Assembly: GCA_964491325.1 (NCBI GenBank)
Contig: CAZBFX010000001.1
Location: forward strand, 1,807 to 56,905
DNA length: 55,099 nucleotides
Source: an uncultured Candidatus Peribacteria bacterium
GTDB taxonomy: Bacteria; Patescibacteriota; Gracilibacteria; Absconditabacterales; Absconditicoccaceae
Direction: 5' to 3'
Part shown: piece after piece, positions 19,309 to 30,267 of the stretch
Numbering within the stretch: the first letter of the stretch is position 1
Layout of the letters: every line of letters starts with the position of its first letter
Notes under the pieces: generated by a model
Databases searched by the model: none
What the model saw: the letters and a program-made list of their open reading frames with translations, nothing else
What the model was told of the DNA's origin: nothing
Translations under genes and position numbers: made by a program

Positions 19309-19899
19309 ATGCACCTTGGACTAGATCGTGTCCTGATATGTTCTGCTCTTGGTCAGACGATAGTGCCATTTGCTGCTATTGATACTGTTTTACCACAAGT
19401 AGTCATTGATCTTTATCAAAAATCTCAGCCAGACACGATCTATGTTATCACTGGACCATGATCGTTTACGAATGTAAGAGTAGGTGTGTTGGTGGTGGAT
19501 ATATTGATGATGATCGCATGATCTTGTCGTATCATGCAGACAGATAAGATATCTTTATACAAGTCATTGTGGATGCATCACCTTCTCCCGGCATCGCTAC
19601 TATTGTATATCGGTCAGAGAAAGAATCTGTGGTATTATGATTTTTCACAGTCTGATGAGCATCAGGTCATCACGCATACTCTTTTTTCATCACTCCTGCC
19701 AGCAAATCACTATGCTGTAGATATGATGATAGATGATGAAACGCCTTTTTCTTTCGATGCTGAGAAGATTATCTCACGGTGATGGTGAGAGGAGGGGCCA
19801 TGTGTGTTGTATCAGGGCAATAACTTACCCTGTGCATCTTTCTTTACACCTACAGAAAAACTACAGCCATATTATGCCATGCATGCGAATTTAGCATAG
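19309..19899 (+). CDS. tsaB: tRNA t6A37 threonylcarbamoyl-transfer protein TsaB (YeaZ)
   Basis: ..IYVITGP(G)SFTNVRVGVLVVD has the GPGSFTG.R.G signature, with TGA at 19459-19461. Stop TAG 19897-19899. Start ATG 19303 or 19309. Confidence 0.75.
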
Positions 19900-19907
19900 A
19901 GTTCCTG

Positions 19908-20993
19908 TTATTGTATTTTCTCTACATCTTGTGGAGAGAAGTGTATAGTATAGCTATTGGGCATCTTCTTGATCCGAAAGATATAGATATGTATCCCAAA
20001 AAAAAGTAAGCCCATCATGACGAATAGTATCCATTTATTGATGCTATTGGTTCATTGTAGGAGCATGAGGATCATCATAACGAGTGACCATATCCATACA
20101 AACCATCTGACTTCGGATCTTGACCAGCCATTTGCTAGAAGCCTATGATGCAGATGTGTATAATCTCATTTCATGGGATTCTTTTTTAGGATGAATAATC
20201 TATTGAATATAACCCATATAAAGTCAAATACCACTAATGAAAGTACGACAATAATCGTTCATACTTTGACGCCTCATAATAGCGAGAGATAGGCAAGAGA
20301 GAATCCATAAATGATCGTTCCTATATCTCTCACTAGCCCATGGGGTTTGTATTCTACGACAGTATATACAAGTGATGCTATAGTGACTGCTAATGCGAGA
20401 TATGATGTGATACTCAACTGCTCGTAGGTGGAAGGATTCAGAGAGATATACTCTTGGAGTATGATGAAATTGATAACGAACCATATACTTCCTGTGCCGA
20501 TAGCTGTGACGCCACTAGATTGTCCTTCGATACCATCAAAAAGATTGATAGCATTTGTACATATAATGAACCAGATAATACTGATAATCATCGCAAATCG
20601 ATGCGGTAATGATAGTACTTCATCTCATCAGAGGCGTATAGAGTCTATAGCGATTCATCCATATCATACGACTATGGTAAAAGTGAACAGTTGCATACAC
20701 AATCTGAGCCGAGAGGGGATGGGACGGTAGAGATCTATCGTACTGATCGTTCAGAGTACGATGATGGCTCAAGCATAGATCAAGAACGAAGGATGATCTC
20801 GATATTGTGGAGCAAGTATGATAAAGCCAGCAAGGATGCTAATGCCGGTTCGTATTCATTGTGCATTAACGACGGGCTTTCTCTTGTAAAAATCTGCTCG
20901 TTTTTTGTGTTCTCGTATACCAAGATAGCGAAAAAGTGCTATGCCTGACAGAGCGATGCTTATTATAGCGATGCAAGCTATGATATAGTTCAT
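19908..20993 (-). CDS. glycosyltransferase family 4 polyprenyl-phosphate HexNAc-1-phosphate transferase (WecA/TagO-like)
   Basis: NAINLFDGIEGQSSG (NA.N..DG.DGL), DYTHLHHRLLANGWS (WecA-type D..H.HHRL), about 10 TM helices. Continuity checked. Stop TAA 19908-19910. Confidence 0.85.
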
Positions 20994-21022
20994 GAGAGCG
21001 AAGAGTAATAAACGCACAGATT

Positions 21023-22189
21023 TTATCTATGCATGTCGATAAAATGAGGAAGAATGATGCAATGAGCGTCAGGATGTCGTTGGTGTACTATGTCTTGCAT
21101 AAATCATGAGGGTACTATATGTATATCGATAGATTGACGCAATTGTTTATGGATAAGTGATATGAGTATATATTTGTATATTACAGCGACTATGATGAGA
21201 GGGTTTCGTGTTCTTGCTGAACATATTCGTCATCGTAGTGACCACGCAGCGGGCAGTTGTTGGATATGTGAGACGCTATGGGGGAAAGGATGAAAGAGTC
21301 CTAGATCATGATAGGTTATCATTGTCTGTAGTGTGGGTTTGTGTGGTTTTGTATGGCTTGCATATTTTACTTTCTGGATCTGTGCGAGCGTATACCATCC
21401 TATATGTCTCAGGATACTATGATACCAGATAGTCCCATCTCAGTGTATCCTATGAGAGAGCCATGACCACGGTTTTCAATTATATATACTGAGGAACATA
21501 TGCCATAGTCTCTGAATCTTTCATTTCATTCATGGTAATCAGCCACTTTGCCGTAGATGTATGTTGTATCACATAGCATCTAATTTGCTCCGTATAGTAT
21601 CGAGATGTGTTTCGATACCTCCGAGCTGTTTGTTGCTATAATCGCTCATGAGGATGATGGTGTGATGCTGTATGATATGCGAGATTGACTTTGCTCGCGA
21701 TTCGGCAGTGAAGTTTTTTTGTATATTGTGTATTCGGTCAGTAAATATATCTTTTGTTATATTTCATCTGCTTATGCTGTCGAGTGTGTTTGCAAGATCC
21801 TTTGGGGCGGTCTGTATATTATCAGTATCAATATGCAGGAGAGGATGGATAAATGGCTCACATCATCATTTTTTATTGCCTATAACGGGAGTGCCAAGCA
21901 TCAGTGATTCGAGAGCAGTGAGTCCAAATGTCTCTAAAAATGTCGATGGCATGATCATATAATCACATGACTGTATATGGTGTTTAATTGCTTCTTTCCA
22001 TACTCGGCCATGGTAGATGATGTATCATTCATTATGTGCTATACCTTTGATCTTATCGGTATATGCTCACACACCACAGATGTGTAATATATCCTCAGGA
22101 TGTTGTGTATGATGTGCTAGAAAAGCGTCAATTAATATATCTATACCCTTTTCTCTATCTAATCTCCCGATAAACAGATATGATGTCAT
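21023..22189 (-). CDS. GT-B (GT4-like) glycosyltransferase with circularly permuted domain order
   Basis: Single 388-aa reading frame, every codon checked. The first half is a GT4 C-terminal domain (FIGRLDREKGIDILIDAF..PSTFLETFGLTALESLMLGTPVIG). The second half looks like a GT4 N-terminal domain (HTIILMSDYSNKQLGGIETHLDTIRSKLDAMGYNIHL..IVPSGFMQDIV..IILPHFID). Confidence 0.65.
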
Positions 22190-22333
22190 GGACACTATTT
22201 TTATAGTAAAGTGCATTTTGCTCTATTTTGTATTGCATTCGTCGGTGATAATATGTATATTGCTGTGTATTGTCAAATCATAATGATCTGTCTATCTGTC
22301 CGAACTCAGACTTTGCTTATCAAAATATGCTCC

Positions 22334-22404
22334 TGGGGAATCATCTAATGGTAGGATAGTGGCCTTTGAAGCCATATGTCAAGGTTCGAATCCTTGTTCC
22401 CCAG
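22334..22404 (+). tRNA. tRNA-Gln (UUG)
   Basis: Cloverleaf: acceptor TGGGGAA/TTCCCCA, anticodon loop CTTTGAA, T-arm CAAGG-TTCGAAT-CCTTG. No encoded CCA. Confidence 0.85.
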
Positions 22405-22462
22405 CTTTTGCAGGCTTGGATTGTCAGAGAATTATATTTGCCGTATGATCGTACAACATGTC

Positions 22463-22543
22463 GCCGGGGTGATGGAATGGTAGACATGCCTGGCTTAGAA
22501 CCAGGTGCTTTACGGTGTGCAGGTTCAAGTCCTGTCCCCGGTA
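22463..22543 (+). tRNA. tRNA-Leu (UAG)
   Basis: Acceptor GCCGGGG/CCCCGGT, anticodon stem-loop CCTGG-CTTAGAA-CCAGG, long variable arm, T-loop TTCAAGT. Confidence 0.85.
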
Positions 22544-22573
22544 TGTTGTTCATTTGTATGTTAAATTGTTTGT

Positions 22574-22645
22574 ATGCGGGGTAGAGAAATGGTGTCTCGT
22601 CGGGCTCATAACCCGAAGATAGGTGGTTCGATTCCATCCTCCGCA
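22574..22645 (+). tRNA. initiator tRNA-fMet (CAU)
   Basis: Close to the E. coli tRNA-fMet layout: GCGGGG.., anticodon stem with three G-C pairs (TCGGG-CTCATAA-CCCGA), ..CCTCCGCAA 3' end. Confidence 0.8.
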
Positions 22646-22657
22646 ATGATAATTTCA

Positions 22658-22730
22658 ATCGGAAATAGCTTAATTGGTAGAGCATCTGACTCTGAATCAG
22701 AAGGTTCAAGGTTCGAGTCCTTGTTTCCGA
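22658..22730 (+). tRNA. tRNA-Gln (CUG)
   Basis: Acceptor TCGGAAA/TTTCCGA, anticodon stem-loop TCTGA-CTCTGAA-TCAGA, T-arm CAAGG-TTCGAGT-CCTTG. Confidence 0.8.
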
Positions 22731-22797
22731 GTATTGATTTTGTCTTGCATTACAGGAGGAGATTATTATACATGCACTTACCGATTTACATATATTT

Positions 22798-22870
<73 letters not shown>

Positions 22871-22907
22871 TATTATCTCATTTTATTAGTTTATATATCT
22901 GTGACGT

Positions 22908-23174
22908 ATGCCAATAACATCTTCCGCTAAGAAAGCTATGCTCCAATCTAACAAAAAAAGATTGGTCAATAAGAAATTCAAAGATGATATGAAGATATCT
23001 ATGAATGTTTTTGTTAAGAAAATAGAAAAGAAAGAAAAACTGACTGATAAGGATGTAAATACTGTCTATGGTAGGATAGATAAAGCTCTCAAGAAAGGTA
23101 TTATTCACAAAAATAATGCCGCAAGAAAGAAGTCTTCCATAGCAAAAATGTTTAATACAGTATCAGGAAAATAG
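22908..23174 (+). CDS. rpsT: 30S ribosomal protein S20
   Basis: Intact ORF MPITSSAKKAMLQSNKKRLVNKKFK...GIIHKNNAARKKSSIAKM, the S20 signature (HKN.AAR.KS). Confidence 0.9.
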   Translation: MPITSSAKKAMLQSNKKRLVNKKFKDDMKISMNVFVKKIEKKEKLTDKDVNTVYGRIDKALKKGIIHKNNAARKKSSIAKMFNTVSGK

Positions 23175-23213
23175 TTATATCCTCTCGTTGATCATTAGCA
23201 CATAATCTTTTTT

Positions 23214-23285
23214 GCCAACTTAGCTCAGCGGTAGAGCTACCGCCTTGTAAGCGGTGGGTCAAGAGTTCAAATCTCTTAGTTGGCT
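23214..23285 (+). tRNA. tRNA-Thr (UGU)
   Basis: Acceptor GCCAACT/AGTTGGC, anticodon stem-loop ACCGC-CTTGTAA-GCGGT. Confidence 0.85.
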
Positions 23286-23295
23286 TTCTTTTTTT

Positions 23296-23369
23296 GGAGT
23301 GGTAGTTCAGTTGGCTAGAACGCCCGCCTGTCACGCGGGAGGTCACGGGTTCGAGCCCCGTCCATTCCG
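23296..23369 (+). tRNA. tRNA-Asp (GUC)
   Basis: Acceptor GGAGTGG/CCATTCC, anticodon stem-loop CCCGC-CTGTCAC-GCGGG. Confidence 0.85.
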
Positions 23370-23413
23370 AATTCTTATACATTTATTGGTCTAGACAGTG
23401 ATCTGTTGCCACT

Positions 23414-23488
23414 GGTCTCATAGTTTAGTGGTTAGAACAGGGGACTTTCAATCCTCTAGTCGGGGTTCGATTCCCCGTGGGACCGCCA
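23414..23488 (+). tRNA. tRNA-Glu (UUC), CCA encoded
   Basis: Acceptor GGTCTCA/TGGGACC, anticodon loop CTTTCAA, 3' GCCA encoded. Confidence 0.85.
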
Positions 23489-23495
23489 TTAATTT

Positions 23496-23572
23496 GGGTG
23501 ATTAGCTCAGTTGGCTAGAGCATCTGCCTTACAAGCAGGGGGTCGTAGGTTCGAGTCCTACATCACCCACCA
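23496..23572 (+). tRNA. tRNA-Val (UAC), CCA encoded
   Basis: Acceptor GGGTGAT/ATCACCC, anticodon stem-loop TCTGC-CTTACAA-GCAGG, 3' ACCA encoded. Confidence 0.85.
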
Positions 23573-23610
23573 TTATTATTATGGACATATGTCCCTACCT
23601 TCTCTTCTCA

Positions 23611-23684
23611 GGGCCTATAGCTCAGCTGGTTAGAGCAGTCGACTCATAATCGATTGGTCCCTCGTTCAAGTCGAGGTAGGCCCA
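23611..23684 (+). tRNA. tRNA with CAU anticodon, probably tRNA-Ile2 (lysidine) rather than elongator Met
   Basis: Acceptor GGGCCTA/TAGGCCC, anticodon stem-loop GTCGA-CTCATAA-TCGAT. The variable region TGGTC and T-loop TTCAAGT resemble E. coli tRNA-Ile2. tilS is present in this window. Confidence 0.7.
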
Positions 23685-23701
23685 ATCTTATCTCTTTTTA
23701 T

Positions 23702-23775
23702 GCGGATGTAACTCAATTGGCTAGAGTCACTGCCTTCCAAGCAGTTGGTTGCGCGTTCGAGTCGCGTCGTCCGCT
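23702..23775 (+). tRNA. tRNA-Gly (UCC)
   Basis: Acceptor GCGGATG/CGTCCGC, anticodon stem-loop ACTGC-CTTCCAA-GCAGT. Confidence 0.85.
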
Positions 23776-23789
23776 AATGTTATTCAAAT

Positions 23790-23824
23790 AATTACCTTTC
23801 TAGGTAATTTTTTTTTATTTTTTT
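23790..23824. terminator. rho-independent terminator after the tRNA array, possibly bidirectional
   Basis: Hairpin AATTACCT-TTCT-AGGTAATT (23790-23809) followed by a T-rich tract. Confidence 0.5.
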
Positions 23825-23845
23825 ATGCAATAAGCAACCAGGAAT

Positions 23846-25267
23846 CTATTTTCCTTTGCCAACAAACAATACTGTAACAGTTGCTAGTATAATATAGAGA
23901 TCAAGAAAAATAGACCAGTTTTGTAAATAGAGGAGTTCCTTTTCTGCTTCTTCGTCGAAGGAGATGGTGTCTCTTCCATGTATCTGGGCATAGCCAGTAA
24001 TGCCTGGTTTTACTGAAAGCACTCTTTTGTGCCGAGCTTTATACTTTTCTATCTCATGAGGCATATGTGGTCTGGGTCAGACCAAAGACATTTCTCCCAT
24101 CAATACATTTCGTAGACTAGGTAATTCATCAAGCGATGTAGCTCTTAGAAATTTACCTACAGGAGTCACTCTCGGATCATTTTCTATTTTTGCTAGTTCT
24201 CATTTTCTGACATTTGCTTTTGAGTTTACTAACTTTTGGTATAGATCTTCGGCACTCTTGCCTCCATAATCTTTTCAGGGACTAAGATGTGTATACATAC
24301 TACGAAACTTCACAAACGTAAATGATTTCATATTTCTCCCTATTCTTGTCTGTTTGTAGAATATAGGTCCCGACGAGTTTACTTTGATAGCTATCCCAGT
24401 GATGATAAACAGCGGTAATAGTATAGCCAATCCTAGAGCACTTACTATAGTATCAAAAAATCTTTTGATAAGTATTCACCATCATTCTAACTCTGTCGCT
24501 CTATATCTTAAAGCCAACATATTCCCTATTTTACTTGTTTCATAGGATACATCCTCAAGAAAGTGATTGTCTGCTATATGATACAGCTGTTGATTGTGTA
24601 GTCTCACACTATCAAATATGTTTTGTATGGCATCTTTATCATAGCTTCCAATAAGTACTATCGTATTAAAATTATTGATATCTACTTTATTGTATGAGTT
24701 AGTATAATCTACATATGTAACAGAATAGTAATGTGGTCGTTTATGATCTTTGATATTATGATAATGTACTTCTTCACGATACAGTATGAGAATCTTTTCA
24801 TTATCTTTTTTAAATAGATGGTGTGAAATGCGTTGCCAAAATATATCAAAAAGAGGTATAAATATAAGCGTCCCTGTGGCTGCTCGTCCAATAATAAGTC
24901 TCGATATGCCATAAGGGAAAAGAAATCCTTGACCAAAATATGCTAAGCATATCAAGATAATCGTTCGCTGTCACCACACATACAAAAATGAACCATTACT
25001 TGTGATGCCTATGTCTGTCAGATTGTATCGTTTTTTTACTATTCCTACGCCGATAAATACTACAACACTGATGATGGCGAATAGTATTAATTCTGTTGTG
25101 TCAATGAATGGTATTCTGAGATGCCATCATGGTATGCCATCTGTTATGAGACGAGTATAGTATCCTAGAAAATATAAAAAGAATATAATCAGACTGTGGA
25201 AGAGAGGTCTCGCTAGATTAATAAATAGGTCTTTATGATCTTTTCGTCGACTATTATGCATCATCAT
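23846..25267 (-). CDS. polyprenyl glycosylphosphotransferase (WbaP/EpsL-type bacterial sugar transferase)
   Basis: C-terminal PF02397-like domain: [61 protein letters not shown]-terminal TM region. Fragments 23846 and 24482 are in one frame, and the gap was checked for stops. True TAG stop. Start is one of the ATGs at 25259-25267, or 25297. Overlaps the rsmI 3' end. Confidence 0.85.
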
Positions 25268-25961
25268 TGTCACTATCAATAAAAGCTCCTCATCCATGAG
25301 GATAGATGCCTATAACAAACTCTCCCTTTAGAGGGATGATGTTTTGATTTATTGCTCCTTGTATTTCTTCTAAAGTACCGGTATAGTATTGTTCAAATAC
25401 TTTTGATATTTCTCTTGTTATGCTCAGCTTACCACTGAATCACAATGTTGTCAGCTGTGAGAGAAGTTTATCGATTCTATGGACTGATTCGTAAAAAAAT
25501 GATGCATGATCTGCATGTATCATTTGCTTGAGTGCCGTTTCTCTTCACTTTTTATGAGGAAGGAAACCATAAAAAGACCGCTTTACTGTGGGAAATCATG
25601 ATCCAATAACCGCTGGTATAATGGCATTTGCTCAGGGAAGTATACTATATGGAATATTGTTTTCTTGTGCCCATAGTATCAGTAACTTTCATGGATCAGA
25701 TAATCCGGGAGTTCACGCTTCGCTGACCATACAGACATCTGACTCTTTCATTATATGTATAAAGTTTTCTTTATGGCGAAGATCATGTGATGTGAACTTT
25801 ACAAACTTTTTTGTGCTATAGCCTATATTGTGTATGCCAAGAAGTCTTTTGATACTTTGAGTGTTCTCACAAAAAATGATGCTCGTCTCAGTCAGCAACT
25901 TTAGTGCTCTGAGTGTAATATCATCTTTATTGCCAATAGGTGTCGGTACAATGCATAGCAT
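25254..25961 (-). CDS. rsmI: 16S rRNA 2'-O-ribose C1402 methyltransferase RsmI
   Basis: MLCIVPTPIGNKDDITLRALKLL..IFCENT..VSEA(G)TPGLSDPG is the tetrapyrrole-methylase-fold RsmI signature. Continuity checked. Stop TAA 25254-25256. Confidence 0.85.
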
Positions 25962-25972
25962 GTTGGGTGATA

Positions 25973-26773
25973 TTACTTTTGAAACATTGTTCTTAATTTT
26001 GCCTTTATGAGAATCTTATTTTGATACATCATTTGTATCACAGCAAAGAGTGTTGATGTAATGATGTATAATCCGATACCTGCAGCCACATTATAGACGA
26101 ACCATCCTATCATAACAACAAGGAATATATTCATAAACCCCATCATCTTACTCATGTCGGGCATATTTGCTCAAGGAATACTTGGAGTAGCTGGTCTCAC
26201 TCGAGTCATAATCTTCATATTCAAGAACATAACAACTCATGCTATACATGCTAGTATGACATTCTTTGGTGTGAGCATATCCATCCCGAGAAAATTGGTC
26301 GCGATATTTGTTATGTCTATCATAGCATGTGCATACGGATAGACAAAGCTATATGTCATGTCTATGAGATTTGTAGGAAACTTCATTCGTTGTTGCATAT
26401 TTTCAGGGTTTGCAATATTAGATACTACCGCGTAGAGTCAGAGGAAAACAGGCATTTGTAAGAGTATGCCAAGACATCATTTGAGTGGTCAGACACCATC
26501 TTTTTTAAGTAATGTCATCATTTCTTGTGAGAGTTTTTCAGGATTGTCTTTGTATTTCTCTTGTAGTTCTTGCATTTTCGGTTGCATAGCACCCATGCCA
26601 GATTGCATGGCATTAGCTTGAGATGATGATTTTGAAAGCAGCAATCTGACTAAAACTGTCAGGGCAACAATCGCTAATCATAGATTTCCATTAAAGAGCT
26701 CAAGAAAAATCAGGAGGAAGTTATATACGGGGCGAAGTATAAGTTCGTTTCGGAAGAGTTGTATAATTCACAT
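25973..26773 (-). CDS. yidC: membrane protein insertase YidC (short form)
   Basis: ..GLAIVALTVLVRLLL..MQPKMQELQEKYKDNPEKLSQEMMTLLKKDGV(G)PLK(G)CLGILLQMPVFLGLY.. and C-terminal AGIGLYIITSTLFAVIQ. Continuity checked. True TAA stop. Confidence 0.85.
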
Positions 26774-26797
26774 GAGAGAGAATGAAAGTAAAACTTA

Positions 26798-27337
26798 TTA
26801 TATTGTTGTTATGTCATCATGTTTCCCTTTGACCATGGTATCAATACTATCATTAAACTTTTTTGTTATGGCGTCAATGTCAGATTCTTTGTTTTTCTTT
26901 TCATCTTCGGAGATTATCTTTTCTTCAAAGAGTTTTTTTACCTCCTTTAATTCATCCTGTCTTGCTACTCTTATCCTTGCCTTACATTCTTCAGCCATCT
27001 TTGATACTTGTTTTTTGAGTTGTTCCCTTCTTTCAGTTGTGAGTACTGGTATTTTTATAAGGAGATATCATCATTGATTTTGAGGTGCAAGTCATGTCGC
27101 TGCGTCATAGATTGCTTTCTCTGTTGGTGCGAGAGATGATTTATCTCGTGGTTCTATCTTGAGTGTCTGTGCATCGACGACACTTATATTTGCTATTTGT
27201 CCTATAGGCATATATCCATATGATGTATCTATTTTGATGTGTTCTACAAGTCATTTATTTGCTCTTCCAATTTGTACTCCTGTTAGTTCTGTTGCAAGAT
27301 AGTCCACAATTTTTTGCATATTTACTTCACAGTCCAT
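26798..27337 (-). CDS. frr: ribosome recycling factor
   Basis: ..GVQIGRANKGLVEHIKI..IPVLTTERREQLKKQVSKMAEECKARIRVARQDE.. is an RRF pattern. Continuity checked. Start 27337 (alternative 27319). Confidence 0.85.
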
Positions 27338-27362
27338 GAGATTGTCATTAATAAAATAAAGA

Positions 27363-27791
27363 TTATAGGAAGAATTTTGCTATACCGAGAGTCATATAGA
27401 TAAGACTCTTTTTGATCTTTTCAGAGCGATCTTTTATAGAAAATGCAAGACTATATATATTGTCAGATACTTTCCATTCGATGGGGAGTGTGATCGTGAA
27501 GAATTGTTCTAGATATTCTATGTCTTTTTTGAGGAGAGGGTAGTTTGTTTTATAATCTCTTTGTGTTTCATCGGCCATCATCGTTTGCATATAATTGTAG
27601 AGGATGGGTAGGCTCTCATGTATATTGTAGATGTTCTGTCTATTTGCATATATGACAAGATTTTGTTTATAGATTATTGTATCGATACTTTTTGCTAGTA
27701 GTTGTGTAATATGCTTATCGGTCTTCTGGACATAGATATACAATGCTATTAGTATAATAACAAAGAATAGATATCAGATAATCAAAAGCAT
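27363..27791 (-). CDS. hypothetical membrane-anchored protein
   Basis: Extends ORF 27363..27743 upstream through TGA to ATG 27789-27791. N-terminal TM MLLIIGYLFFVIILIALYIY. No recognisable motif. Confidence 0.45.
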
Positions 27792-27945
27792 ACTAGAGGA
27801 TAGTGCTCTATCGCCTAGTAATCATGTCACATTATATATCTGTGATCAAATATAATATATATATTCTTGTCGTCATGCTTGCATAGAGATATAATATGTT
27901 TTTCTCGATGATATATCAAGAGAAAGTACTATATATTTGAGAGCT

Positions 27946-28908
27946 TTACTCTTTTATTTTGATAATAGATATATACTTTTTGCTCTGTATGGCTATGCCT
28001 TTATAGCTTATAGATGCATTATTATGTTGTAGTTGTTCAGCGAGTCTCACGAGTGTTGTTGTTCTAGGACGTATACTCTTATTATGTTGTTCGTATATCA
28101 TATAGAGTAGACCTGCACTTCGCTCCTTAGGATCTATAGTGAGTATCCGTGTTTGGGCTTCGTTATATGATGGATGGTAGTGATATCATCATAGCCTATA
28201 GTTGGTTTCTATATGTTGCTCATTGTTTTTGCTCTCGTAATGATTATATATTCTTTTCCGACTTTCTTTGAATTTGTTATTGCCGCTGAGTATCTGTATA
28301 TATTGTCTGATGCCGTTTCTGGTTGAGGTCTGTATGTCTTTATTTGTTGGATCAATATGGTATGGTATCATATGTTTTTGACATTCTTTGAGGATCTCAT
28401 CTTTGGTCTGCCAAAGAAGGGGTCTGACTATTGTTATAGATGGATCGAGAAAGTGTTTCTCTTTCACCGACATTCACATAAATCACTTTTTCCCACAACC
28501 CTGTTGCATATGCAGTAGTGTGGTCTCGATACGATCATCAAGATGATGTCCCAGATAGATGAGTCAGATATTCTCTTTATGTGCATATTTGATAAATTCT
28601 CTATGTCTTCGTTGTCTCAGGGCATCTTCTGTTGTTTTCCCCCCGAAATACTGTATACATTGTCGAATATGGGTATTGCTATATCATTTTACTGTTGTCA
28701 TTTCCTCAGCGATTCATAGTCTTGTTTGGTGATCGCAGCTTATAATATGGATGTTCTCTGGTGAATATGCATTCTCTCTAAAGAAATTCTTTAATGTCCA
28801 AAGAAGATACATACTATCAGGTCATCATGAGACTCATACTAAAATCTTAGTATCTTTCGTAATAGGCTTTTGCCATACTTCCCTTATCTTTATTTGTTTA
28901 TTAGCCAT
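27946..28908 (-). CDS. tilS: tRNA(Ile)-lysidine synthase
   Basis: PP-loop ILVGVSGGPDSMYLL, GHHLDDRIETTLL, VRPLL..K.EI, DPTN..TSTRNGIR. Every codon checked. Stop TAA 27946-27948. Confidence 0.85.
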
Positions 28909-28909
28909 T

Positions 28910-29401
28910 ATGTCTCGTTTATGTGTAATAAAAGTATCAGACTTATTGAGAAATGCAACATATGCCGATGAAGTAGCTATCGAAGACTGTATGATTGCTA
29001 TACCACATCTGCGTGCTCCTGGAGTCTCGGCAGTATGTCGTCTCCAATCCACTAATGATGGTATGATAGTGGCGACTCTCTCTGATATAGTTGCACAGAT
29101 TGATGATATATGTGATTTATCAGGAGAGAGTTATATAAGATCTGTCTATATTGACTCATATCAGTGAAAGTTTAATGCTGATGTTGCTTTTCATGCTGAT
29201 CCCAATTATGTTTATGAAGATGATTTCCCCTTTCTTCCTGATGGAGAGTCTATAGATATTGAAGATATGCTTGTACAGGCTATTGTATTGCAAGAACCTC
29301 TGATTCATATAAAGCCCGGTAATGAGCATATTATAGATGAGATACATGAAGATCAAGAAGAATATACTGCATGAACAGTTTCATTTCGTACAGCACCTTA
29401 A
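28910..29401 (+). CDS. DUF177 / YceD-family protein
   Basis: 163 aa. Acidic C-terminal half ..EDDFPFLPDGESIDIEDMLVQAIVLQEPLIHIKPG.. is typical of DUF177. Reads through TGAs at 29168 and 29372. Stop TAA 29399-29401. The ATG is 1 nt from the tilS start on the other strand. Confidence 0.6.
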
Positions 29402-30267
29402 CGCATCCTTGTGGTGTCTCGGTGTCTATGAGATTCTTTTACTTCAATGCTTTGTAATTTATTATAAAAGTATTTCCCATCTAGTAATTTATCAATAAAG
29501 AGATATTTCTCTGTCAGTATACTATTGTTTGAGATGATTGTGCGAAAGTATTGATTATGATTCATATAGAGCTGAAAACATTCTGCGAAGTCTTCAAAAG
29601 GATTACTCATCCCATAAATACTACAAAAGGCTTCTTTTGTATGAGTTGATTTTTTTTGATGTTCATTTTCCCATGATATTTTATAATATGTGAGAGATGG
29701 GTCATCTATAGAGAATTCTTCTTTATCAAATTCTGTGAATAATCTACTTTTCTTCCTATCGCTTCATAGTACGACAGATAGGTCGATGATATGTCATAAC
29801 TCATGTGTTAGTACCATCATGTACTCTCTATAGGACATTCACGGTATATGAAAGAACATAGTATTATGTGTCGCATAGGCTCTTCTATTGTTTCTTTGAG
29901 ACGAAATGGTTATCTTCTTTAAGATTCTCGATGTAATATCATCTCATAGAATAGTATCAAGCTTTTTTATAAAATACATGCTTATTGTTCAATAGGTCTC
30001 TTTGTTGTCTCATACATATATTCATTCATACTTTATGATACTACATAATTTCTTATACTTCTTGCATAAAATACTATGTATGCTTTTTACTTCATCGTTG
30101 TTGTTAAACAATATGCTGTTCTGTATTGTTCATGATGTCGTCGTGCCGCTACTATGATCCTTCTCTTCACGAGAAACCGTATATCATATATACAGCATCG
30201 AGCATATAATGGCTATTCATCAGATTAAAGATATTGTATGCCTAAGGTGCATATCGCAATATATCAT
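29398..30267 (-). CDS. membrane-anchored zinc metallopeptidase (HExxH), family uncertain
   Basis: N-terminal TM ISLIGGIAIICSMLYIGY, HELGH (VLTHELGHIIDL), downstream NPFEDFAECF (MtfA/M90-like Glu motif). Codon-checked. Alternative starts 30252 and 30198. Its stop overlaps the DUF177 stop within TTAA. Confidence 0.6.

Noticed and set aside
21208-21962. Plus-strand ORFs 21208..21432 and 21672..21962 as genes.
   Set aside because: They are antisense to the fully codon-checked permuted glycosyltransferase ORF.
28751-29167. Longer upstream start for the DUF177 gene (28751), and longer upstream start for tilS (ORF 28834..29052).
   Set aside because: Each extension is antisense to the well-supported coding region of the other gene. 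The internal ATGs 28910 and 28908 give N-termini of typical length.
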